DNA of 32,635 nt from Chiloscyllium plagiosum (taxonomy: Eukaryota), in NCBI RefSeq assembly GCF_004010195.1, contig NW_025213793.1:1-32635 (forward strand). The letters are read 5' to 3'. Both the position numbers and the translations under genes were made by a program. The notes under the pieces are model-generated. The model had not been told where the DNA came from and did no database searches. It saw only the letters and a list, made by a program, of their open reading frames with translations. This document shows positions 22,371-32,635 of this stretch, one piece after another (position 1 is the first letter of the stretch; the number at the start of each line of letters is the position of its first letter).

Positions 22371-23157
22371 TGTGGTTATGATAAAGTAATTCATGACGAT
22401 GACTTTGCAATCGACTTGATACAGTTTATTTACCTAACTATAACATTGAACGAATTAACTAAACTATTAACAGAGTGAACAATTCCCCTCTACCGACTAA
22501 TTATTCCAGAATAATTTCAATAGTATGCTGCTCCAATAAATACAATCCACTTATGTAAAAGAACAATGTAATTTAATTTCTTTAAAGGACAGCCAGGTCA
22601 AATCTTCTGTAATGTTCTGTGCATTCTTCCATCGTTTCCCTCTCCCCGAAATAAGTTCGCTGACGTTTTCCTCTGTCGAAATGCTGTCTCCTACGTTAGT
22701 ACTGATGTGATGTAAATTGCTTATTAAGATTGTACTTTCTCTAATACATAGAAGACATTGAGAGTTAATTACTCTCTCTCTCGAGACAGAGAAAGAGAGA
22801 GAGCTGAAGACTGCTATCTGGCAAATGGCAGTGAGTGGTGTGCGATTTTCAAGGTGACCTCATCTTTTATACCCTTGACGACCTCTCAGCTTTTTTACGA
22901 TCCGATTGGTTCTATGTTGTGATAAACATCAGAGTTAAATTTAATAGGTTTTTTGTCATCTAAAGGCCTGATTTAAACTGATTAGCCAAATTCAAAGTTG
23001 TTTTTCAAGAAAAACAAAACTGTTGCATGGAATGCTGACCACACAGCAGTTTTGATATAAATAATTAAATTCAGTGTCTCTGTGCACCTGAAAAGGCATA
23101 TGCATTATCTTTTAATCTCTAAGCTTAAGAAAAACGCCATCCTTTAAAAGCACAACA
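22371..23157 (-). repeat. Solo-LTR-like interspersed repeat
   Basis: TG...CA ends; minus-strand TATAAA (~22870) upstream of AATAAA (~22428); shares blocks with 24040-24660. Confidence 0.45.
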
Positions 23158-23789
23158 CAGTGCTTTCCCCACTTTGAAATATTAAAGTTTTACACGCAAA
23201 TTTCGCAACAATAGGTGACTCTATCCATGCGATCTAACACCCATACAACTAACCTGTCACGAATTCAGCTGAGGTCTCCACCCCTGTTTTTCTCGTCTCC
23301 ACCAACCCCTTCCCTGCAACCAAATCCAGAAAACCTCGTGACCTGTGCTCCCACCTTCCACAACTGCTGTGGTTGCTCTACCCACGGCAAAACCACAGGA
23401 CCAATATCTCCTATTCCACCTCCCGCCCCGAAGTTCGCATCATTGCCTGGCCTGAAACCAATAAACAACTGGGCGCTAACGTTTCTGTCACCAGCCCAAG
23501 TCAATCCCTCAGTACCCATAGACGTAACGTTTCATTTCTGTACTGCTGTGGCAGGGAGAAAATCCTTGCTGCGTTCTAATCTAGCGTTGATCATGATGTT
23601 CCTGTGAGATCCTGCCCCAGTCCTTCTGAACTCCAGTAAATATAGATAAATCTTCGCTGAACTTATTCTGTGGTAAAAAAAAAACCCTTATTCTGATAGT
23701 CAGTTTTTTTTTAAAAAGTGAATGTCGATTCATTTCTGGTAACTGAAACTGAAACACTCAGAGAGTTTCGCCTAGCTTAATAATCTCTC

Positions 23790-23940
23790 AACTCTCGAGG
23801 CTTCCAGCCTCATTCCTGATGAACAATTTTGCCCAAAAGGTCGATTTTCCTGCTACTCGGAAGCTGCCTTACCTGCTGTGCTTTACCGGCACTACAGTCT
23901 TGACTCTAATCTAAAACATCTGTAGCCCTAATTTTCGCTT
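23790..23940 (+). repeat. Penelope-associated repeat with degenerate hammerhead core
   Basis: cattcCTGATGA (23816-23822)...gcccaaaaggtcgattttcctgct...gctgcc..acctgctgtgcttt; clearly homologous to 30552-30680. Confidence 0.7.
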
Positions 23941-24039
23941 CATATTCTGTTAAAAGACGCATGAACACTGTTATTACCTACCTCTCACCCTCCAAATCTG
24001 CTATAACAGATTGAAATTGAAATGAAATCTTTTCACTGA

Positions 24040-24660
24040 CTCAATAATCAAGAAGGAAAGATTTATTTATTTAACACCAACAGTGATGAAATGAAAAGAG
24101 CCAGTAACAAACCAAACAATTCCCCTGTAACTACTAACTGTTCCTGAATATAACAAAATGGAAGTGCAGTGCTATTTTAACAAATAAAAGTCCCACATAT
24201 GCAACAAAACAATAGAATTGACCCTCTTGAATTTTCAGCTGGGATATGTCTTACCAAAGCTACACATTGTCTCCACTGATCTTCTTTCTGGAATACCCAC
24301 GACTTGCAACAGCAGCGCTATTCTCCATAGAATTTATGCGTCAGGAGAATTCATTAATATTTCCACTGTACCTTTCGTCAGATGATAGTTACTCTAGGAT
24401 CTGAGAGAGCTAACCTCTCCAGATGATAGTTTGCTTTCCACCGATTTTCAAACGACTTCTTCATTTATACCCCTGATAACCTATTAATTTCTGTACAATT
24501 GGAAGGATTCCAGGTTATCAAAACAATCAGTTTTACATTTAATTGGTCCATAGTGCATGTTTTAAAATAATTGTCTAAATTTAAATATCTACTGTCTTGG
24601 TAAAACAGTAAAATGCCTTTTTGGTAAACAGTGCAGCGTTTTGAATACAACTGTTTCAAT
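24040..24660 (-). repeat. Second, diverged LTR-like relic related to 22371-23157
   Basis: Shared blocks aacaattcccct.ta...actaa...ttcc.gaata and tttataccc.tga..acct in the same order. Confidence 0.45.
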
Positions 24661-24682
24661 TCGAGCAGCTGCAACGGTATAC

Positions 24683-26196
24683 TTACGTGACCACTTTCAG
24701 GGAGTGATGGACCAGGGCCCCAAGCTCTCTCTGCGCATCAATGCTGTTAACAGGTCTGCCATTGACTGTATACTTTTTCTTAATATTTGTTCTACGAAAG
24801 AGGAACATCTCACACTTGGCCAGATTAAATTTTATGTGATGTTTCTCCGCCCATATCGGCAACTGATTTATATTCTGTACAGTTGAAAACATTCTACACA
24901 ATCCACAACTCCCCTGCTTTCTGCGCCTTATGCAAACGTGATAACCAACCTTCCTACGCTTTCATCCAATTAGTTTGTAAAAACCACAAACTGCAGAGCT
25001 CCCTGTACGGATCCTTGTGGAACACCAATAGTCACGACCTCCAGTCAGATGAACATCTATCCACCACTACTCTTTTTTTTCTTGCGCAAGCCAATTCTAA
25101 ATCAAAATTGTCAAGTCATAGTGGATACCGTGCATCTTATTCTATTGATGAGCCTACCAGGCGAAAGTTCGACAAATGCACAATTAAAAACGATGAAAAC
25201 AATATCCGCCGCTCTACCATCATCAATCACCTACTCACCTCCTTAAAACAATCAATAAAGTCAGTAATATACTACCTGCATGCACAATGAAATGCTGATG
25301 TTCTAAAAATAGGCCATGCCTTTCCTAATGCACATTATTCCTATATCTAAGAATCCTCTGCATAAGCTGCCCAACCAATGATGCAAGACTCACTCATTAT
25401 TTCCTGGATTATCTCTGTTCCCCTTCTTGAACAGAGGAACAGCATTAGCTACTCGTCAGGCCACCAAGACATCTCCAGTCAATACACATGAAGAAAGATC
25501 CTGATGAAGATTCCAACAATCTCATCTCTTGACTCTCTCAATACGTGGGTTCGAATCCACCGGGCCCTGTGTACTTATACAACTTAACATACGTCAAGAG
25601 ACTTAACCCCACAGCGTTTTTGATTTCAAGCTGCCATACCAAAATGCCCTAGACTAATATCAGTGTCCTCTATATCCTTCTCCTCGGAGAATACAGGAGC
25701 AAAAAGAACTCAATTATGATTCGTCCGTATCCTGTGTATCAAGTGCAAGTTTCGTCCTTTGCACTTGAGTGATCCCAATCTCACCCGCGCTATTTAACTG
25801 CTTTTAACTGTCTTGGGATTCTATTTATGTAGTTATTATGATGCCGCCTTTGTCTCCGACTTCAGTTTTATTGTACTTTCATCATATTCCGCAAGGGCTC
25901 TGTCTGATTTTACCTTCCTAAACTTAATAAACGTTTCTTTCTTCCCTCTTTAATTAAATGCACAATCTCCCTCATCCCTTACCTTGACATACTGGTGCTT
26001 TCTCCCCAGTGGAACCTGTCGGTCCCAAACTCTAATCAGCAGATCGTTGAAAAATTCCCACAAGTCAGACGTGGATAATAGCTCCTCCCATTTAGCACTC
26101 CACTAATTTTGACATAGTTTTCCCTCTGCAATTTAGTACCACTCCGGAAGTTCCTGAATTATTCTTATTCATAGCTACCTTAAAACGTTAGGAGAG
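24683..26196 (-). mobile_element. CR1-clade LINE ORF2 (RT region), decayed
   Basis: Minus-strand VVTIGVPQGSVQG and WAEKHHIKFNLAKCEMFLFRR; decayed sequence apparently continues to the gap. Confidence 0.82.
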
Positions 26197-26772
26197 NNNN
26201 NNNNNNNNNNNNNNNNNNNNNNNNNNNNNNNNNNNNNNNNNNNNNNNNNNNNNNNNNNNNNNNNNNNNNNNNNNNNNNNNNNNNNNNNNNNNNNNNNNNN
26301 NNNNNNNNNNNNNNNNNNNNNNNNNNNNNNNNNNNNNNNNNNNNNNNNNNNNNNNNNNNNNNNNNNNNNNNNNNNNNNNNNNNNNNNNNNNNNNNNNNNN
26401 NNNNNNNNNNNNNNNNNNNNNNNNNNNNNNNNNNNNNNNNNNNNNNNNNNNNNNNNNNNNNNNNNNNNNNNNNNNNNNNNNNNNNNNNNNNNNNNNNNNN
26501 NNNNNNNNNNNNNNNNNNNNNNNNNNNNNNNNNNNNNNNNNNNNNNNNNNNNNNNNNNNNNNNNNNNNNNNNNNNNNNNNNNNNNNNNNNNNNNNNNNNN
26601 NNNNNNNNNNNNNNNNNNNNNNNNNNNNNNNNNNNNNNNNNNNNNNNNNNNNNNNNNNNNNNNNNNNNNNNNNNNNNNNNNNNNNNNNNNNNNNNNNNNN
26701 NNNNNNNNNNNNNNNNNNNNNNNNNNNNNNNNNNNNNNNNNNNNNNNNNNNNNNNNNNNNNNNNNNNNNNNN
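26197..26772. other. Assembly gap (576 N)
   Basis: Run of N. Confidence 1.
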
Positions 26773-27170
26773 AAATCATCCACTCTCGGTCGTAGCTTTA
26801 CATTCTGATGTGGAATGACACCAGTTAGACTGGGACAACACATCAATCCTCGGAGTAGCCAAACAGAGACACGCGCGATATTCATGGAAGAATGACATTT
26901 CAACTGTTACTCTATAAACAAACACATTGACTTGGACTGCATTTACAAACAACCGAGAAAAAAACACGAAATGACATCACCACGGGAAATAACATCGCCG
27001 CGGGAAATGATGTCACCAACTCAATGAAACCTAAACACATAAATGAAAGGCAGGTGGTATCACCTATGCTTCATCCAGAGGCCTACTGACGACGTTATCT
27101 CGCATGATGATGAAATGTCTGAAAATGTACCTTGCATTGAGCAAATCTACATCCAAATTCCGCCCTAAGT
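26773..27170 (+). mobile_element. Penelope-like element 3' end (endonuclease C-terminal tail plus pLTR with hammerhead motif)
   Basis: LHSDVE*HQLDWDNTSILGVAKQRHAR / FMEE*HFNCYSINKHIDLDCIY resembles the tail of PLE GIY-YIG domains; CTGACGA...GAAATGTC at 27086-27119. Confidence 0.78.
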
Positions 27171-28400
27171 ATATTGCTGTTAGCGAATTCCAGTTAATAT
27201 TGGGGAACGTAATCTCAATCACAATGACAAAAGTGTTGCTATTGCATCTTTCTATTTTCTGCCTCTACGTTTCTTTGACAATAACTCGATGGCTGCTGGG
27301 GAGCCCATAGTACAATCCGAGCAGAGTAATTGCAACAATCGTATTTTTGAGGTGTGCCCATATTGTCTCAGTTGATGAGCCATCCAGTGTATTCTCTTGA
27401 TTCCCTAATTAATAACGTAACTCGTCCATGTCTTTTCCCTTCTTTTCTGCCTGGTCTACAATAATAAAACACTGGAACATTGAGCACCCGGTCCTATCCT
27501 TTGCTCAGCCAGGTCTGTAATGGCCACAGCATCATTTTACCATGAACTAATACAGGAGGTTAGCTTTACCTGTCATATTTGCATTGAAATAAAAATACAT
27601 CAACTTATGATTACCATTGTGTTCATCTACCTGTTTTGGCCTGTCATTCCTTTACCATTTACTGGTAGGAAGATTTATTTCACCAATCCTCTACTTGCTG
27701 ATTGCTGTTCTGGATCTAAACCAACTGCCACTCGAGTATAAGCCGTCGAGGGTAGCACTAGCTATCCATCATGCGAATGTATGTGTTCCTCACCAGTTTA
27801 AGTGCTTATCGTCTCTCTTGTACAGGACACCCATGTACAAGATGCCCCAATAATCAAGAAACCTGAAATACTGCCCTCATACCAGTTCCTTCGCCACATG
27901 TTCATCTGTCCTTCCTTCCAATTCTTTGCCTCACAAACACATGGTACTGGTAATAACCCAAAGATTACAAACCTTGAAGTCCTTCTTTTCAGTCACTTTC
28001 TAAACTTCTTGTACTCACTACGCAGGACCTCACCACTCTTTATCCCTATGTCCTGCCACCAATCTGCGCAACGAGCTCTCGCCACTCAATCTCCCCCCTT
28101 CAGAATGTCATACTACAGCTTAGAGAGGTCATCACGTTGGCACCCACGAGGCAACACGTTTCCCTGCAGTCTCGAACTTGATCACAGAAACGCCTATCAG
28201 TGCTCCGAACTGGCTAGTCGCTGATCACTATCGTTCGCTTGGACTCTGCCCGACCCTGATGTACAGCAGAGTCAGTTGTGGTGCCACCAGCTTGGCTGCT
28301 CTGTTATACTGTTCCAAGAGGCTATCCTCCCAACTGTATCCAAAACGGTATACATGTTCAAGAAAGAATTAGCCATGGAAAACTCCGTCACGGCATTTTG
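27171..28400 (-). mobile_element. CR1-clade LINE 5' portion (ORF1 esterase-like region and ORF2 endonuclease start), decayed
   Basis: Minus-strand remnants resembling IVIxDSxVRxTDRRFC...CCLxGA (ORF1) and WLSKG*DRVLNVP (APE start); probably the same element as 24683-26196. Confidence 0.65.
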
Positions 28401-29246
28401 CAAGGATTAAAATGAAAACATTCTCCGACCATCAGAAAGGCTGTTATTTGACATTGAGAAAGAAAGAAAGAAATATAAATCACACACAAAATAACAATCC
28501 TAACGTAAGAAATTAGGCTAACTTCCTTTAAAAAGGGGTTATAGATAGTGGAGAGGAGATCCCATCTCGTCAGAAGGTGTGACTGAACAATAAATGGGAC
28601 ATCAGTTACCATCTGAAAGATCCCAGCCTGACTTCGAGAAGTTAAACAATGACAGCATCACGACCTATACAGTGAGCCAGTCAATGATGACCGAGACAAC
28701 TGAAGTGAATTCATTCAGCCGCGAATCAAGGGAGAAATGACAAAGATAAATGATAAGGTAATAGGCAAGCAAGAATATATTTGATAAAAACGGATGTGTT
28801 CAGACAATTTTATTGAGCTGCAAAAATGTTCTAGTTTAAATCTTGTGAATATGAATTGAGTCTATTTTGTCTTATGAAGTAAAAGTGTCAGTTTGGCAAC
28901 ATTTACATAAGGGTCAGTAAATTTCCTCTTAGTAGCAAAGTCCTCTTCAAGACAAACTTAAAAAAAATGGAATACTAATGTATAGAGTTCCAAGTTAGAG
29001 GAGCAAAGATTGTCTGGTCATTTAAGGTGAGGTGAGACTGATGATGCTCACAACTTGTAGCATGATGATGACATTCGCAGTAACCACATAACTTTACATA
29101 ATCTACAATCTTAGAAGTGATGTCATGAAATGCATCGCAATTATTTGGATTTAGCATATTTTTAGCAAAATTTATCGTACCTCCCGAATTGCCAGATGAC
29201 AGTATAAGTGAACTAAGTGACTGTGGATCTGAAGTCAGATGGAGGC

Positions 29247-29466
29247 AAGAAAGACAGGTTCCTTCCCTAATGGACATTAGCGAAGAAGGTGGGCTGTTCC
29301 ACCATTCACAATGGATTCACGGTCATCATTCAACTCTTATTTGGAGATTTTATTGAATTCACATTATACCAGTGCCAAGGCATGAGACTCGAACCCAGGC
29401 ATCCAGAACATGACTGGGGCTTTTGGATTAACAGGCCGGCGAGAATGCCACTCGGCCACCACCTCC
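29247..29466 (-). mobile_element. tRNA-headed SINE with Deu-domain-like core (SacSINE1/DeuSINE-like)
   Basis: Minus strand ggaggtggTGGCCGAGTGG (A box)...GGTTCGAGTCT (B box)...gctaatgtccattagggaaggaacctg. Confidence 0.68.
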
Positions 29467-29934
29467 TGGTGCATTGCCTGCTCTTAGGATAATGGGAAAT
29501 ATAAGGTGAATAAATGAGTAAAGAAATGAATGCACAGAATTCGAATGTTACTCACAAAGATAAGTAAGCCTGGCAAATCTCTGAGAATATGCATACCATT
29601 AAGATTGGAAAGTGAATTAATGTGCAAAATTGTCAGATCGCAAGACCAGATAATAACGTTGTCTGGCATACATCATGACATTACGGAAAACCTAGGGCAA
29701 AGAAGACACGCAGTATATTTGCCTTTATTCGTCGAGACATAGAGTTTCAGAGCAGGGAAGTGATGCTGGAATTGTATTCAACATTGATTAAACCACAGCT
29801 GGTGTATAGCGTGGATGTATGGAATCCACAATATTGGAGGGACATGAATGGCCAGCGAGGATGAATAGAAAATTTCCCAATATGTTCCCCAGACTGGAGA
29901 AATGTATTCATGCGAAACCATGGAAACGCTATAT

Positions 29935-30225
29935 TACGGAAACAGACCATTCGGCCCAACTGTGTGGAGAGAATCCCTCCCAGACTGATCTACCATCTGT
30001 ATCCACGTAACCTTGCGTTTCTCATGCAAGGTTTACCACATTAACATATCTCCTGACATGATGGGCATGGGACTATCACCCTAACTGCACAACTTTGGAC
30101 TGTGGGAGGAAACTCATGCAGACAAATAAAGAACGTGCGCACTCCACAAATACAGTCGCCCCAAGCTGGCAATAAACAAGAGTCCCTGCCACTGTGAGAC
30201 AATAGTGTTAAACACTGAAACAGTA
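29935..30225 (-). mobile_element. Second HE1/V-SINE-like copy, decayed
   Basis: Reverse complement aligns by eye with 20797-21070 (tcagtg...actattgtctcacag...ggcgactg...tgtggagt...cctcccacagtccaaag). Confidence 0.75.
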
Positions 30226-30549
30226 TTGCACAGATTTGTGCTATTTAATTTCGAACAGGGAAGTTTGGGAGGGGACGTGACTGAAATGTAAATAAAGATA
30301 CGAAGAGCACAGTCGTGGAAACAGGATAAACGTTGTCTCTTGACAGAGGAATTAATGATTGTGGGCGTGCATTAAAGGTAAGGTGAAGAACATTTGGATG
30401 GAATTTAAGCAAATACATTTTTTGCAAGCAAAGGGTGGTGGCAATCTGGAGCCCACGCTTTGGAATGTTGGTCGAGTGAGAGCTGTTCACAGCTTTGAAG
30501 AATTACTTCGATGTGCACTTGAGCTGTCAAGGCATGTAAGGCTATGAAG

Positions 30550-30680
30550 GGCTGATGATGGGCTATTGCACGAAACGTCGATTTTCCTGCTCGTCGAATG
30601 CTGCCTGACCTGCTGCGCTTTTCCTGCACCTTACTCTCGACTCTATTGACCAGCATCAGCAGTCCCCACTTTCGCCTATG
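30550..30680 (+). ncRNA. Minimal type I hammerhead ribozyme motif in Penelope-associated repeat
   Basis: CTGATGA (30552-30558), stem II gggc-tatt-gcac, GAAAC-GTC (30572-30579); downstream body homologous to 23816-23940. Confidence 0.62.
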
Positions 30681-30759
30681 CAAGCCTTAGATCCAAACGG
30701 TCTAAATAGTGACTCAAACAGTTACTGTGCAGTGCTGATTCTCCATGCAAATGTGACCA

Positions 30760-32635
30760 AACCTGCACACTGGAGAGAATACTGAAGCATCACTTCACTG
30801 TGACGGACAACTCGCAAAACAGCAGTCTACCAGTTATATGCCTGCATTCTATTGGGCTCGACCAACGTAGCAGGGGACGCTTTCAACGGAGGGAAATATC
30901 ATCGCACCTCATTGGACAGTTACTACCCGCCTCAAACTGGGCAGCACCCAGCTGATTATGTGCAGACCCGCCACAGTTCGCCCGCTTCACTGGGGTCGTT
31001 GGGTCTTAGGGAGACAAGTAGCCCGAACTGCGGACTGTTTATACCACAGCAAGCACAACAAGAAGACAAAGAAATAAGCCAGCACTGAGACTTGGATTCT
31101 GGAACATACGGACGATGACCACTGTTATATCAGAGAACATTACGCAGATCAGCGACACATGCAAGACAGCAGGGATTAGCAATGAACTGCTGCGACTTCA
31201 AGTGGGCATCGCAATGCTCCAAGAGAAACATCCCACAGAACTGAGAACCATGCACGACAGAGTCTGTACTTCCTGGCAGAGGAAGAGCTCTGATGAAAGC
31301 AAAGAGCATGGTATCGGCTTGGCCATGAAGAACCCATTGCTGACCCAAGCAAGAACCGGACGGACCAGATTTTCTCACTTCGACTCCTCGCGTCTGACAG
31401 GCCTGTCAATCTTGTCATTGTCTCTGCCCCAACCCTTAACACTACACGCACCGCAAAGGATGAGATCCCCGACAAGCTCTCAATGAGAATACAAGGGATC
31501 CAAAGTCATGAACAGTAGCTGCTATTTGGTGACTTCAACACCATAATAGACGGCGACCATGAATCTTGTTCCAAGCTGCATGGGACGGTATAGGATTGGC
31601 AGGATGAATGACAATGGGCAACGACTGCTTGATCTTTGCATGCTCAGTGAGTGGTGTGTCGGCATCACTTACTTCCAGACCAAAGTTCAGCACAAATCGT
31701 AGGTCGATTCTCTGCTGACACCAGATAGACATCAGATAGACCTGATATTCACAAGACACCACCACCTGAGAATCGTGCTCATGAATCGCTCCTTTCTGAA
31801 TGCCCCCTGCGACAATAGATCACTCTCTGTTTTGCTGCAAAATCAGTATTCGGCAAAAGAAGATGCACTGTGCCAAGCATCCAGGCAGGCAGGTCATCAT
31901 TATCATTCAGACCCTACACCTAAACAATGCGGTGAAGTTCAGCAAGTCACTGGAACATGCATTCCTTGCAGACTCACCAGAAGGAGATGCTCAGCAGTGG
32001 TTGGGACTCTCTCAGGAACAACATTCACAGCATTGCACTCAAGGCCTTCAGCAATAAACAGGGCAAGAACCAGGACTGGTTTGAAGAGAGCTCAAGGAAG
32101 CTCATGGCTGTCATGGAAGCATAGTGTGTTGCACTGCTGGAGGACAAATGGAACTTTGCCCAGGCAACATTGCAAGTGTTACGGATAACAAGACGCAAGA
32201 CCAAGTAATCAGCCAGACACTGTGCAAATGATTATTGGCTACAACTACGTGAAAGTGTTCAGTCATCATTTGAGACTGGCAGCATCCGTGGAGACTACAA
32301 GGGGATCAGGAAAACCATCGGTTCAACCAAATGCCAGACAGGTCGACTGAAAATAATTACAGGATAGTCCATCAAAGACAAAACCAAGCAGATTGACAGA
32401 TGGATTACTGTGAAATGTATTCTGGAGAAAACTGCATCTCAGACAGAAACCTAGACATCGTGAAATGAAGCAACTGGACGTCTGTCACGAAGGAATTGGA
32501 TGCATTGCCAACTGCCAAAAAGTTGAGTCAAGGAATCTACAAACTGACGACTGTCAAATCGCCAGGAATGGCTGGCATTCCAAGAGAGGCCATCAAGTGC
32601 ACAAATAGCGTCCTGCTAAACCACCTGCATGAAAA
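30760..32635 (+). mobile_element. RTE-clade LINE, 5' part (5' UTR, AP endonuclease, linker), decayed; runs off window
   Basis: LRLGFWNIRTM...KTAGISNELLRLQVGIAMLQE, HGIGLAMKN, LFGDFN, GIGRMNDNGQRLLDLC, ITYFQTK, HQIDLIFTR, KSPGMAGIPREAIK. Left boundary approximate. Confidence 0.85.

Overview
Eukaryotic, repeat-dominated genomic DNA. The SINE/LINE content (HE1/V-SINE-like and Deu-domain SINEs, CR1, RTE, Penelope) points to a cartilaginous fish (inference). No intact host gene can be supported. The centrepiece is a decayed class I (gamma/epsilon-like) endogenous retrovirus on the minus strand (~9397-20554). In order it carries an internally deleted 5' LTR, a tRNA-Thr-like PBS, gag (MGxxxS start, CCHC knuckle, TGA-C stop), pro-pol, env (CWIC and CX6CC remnants), a PPT and a 3' LTR. 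Two extra modules stand out: a 2H-phosphoesterase-like domain between protease and RT, and a candidate immunoglobulin-like domain at the N-terminus of env. Part of pol is present twice on either side of an assembly gap. The rest is a 4.4-kb homogeneous 24-bp tandem array, CR1/RTE/Penelope fragments (several carrying minimal hammerhead-ribozyme cores), SINEs, two LTR-like relics and two N-gaps. All family assignments come from motif recognition by eye, not from database searches.
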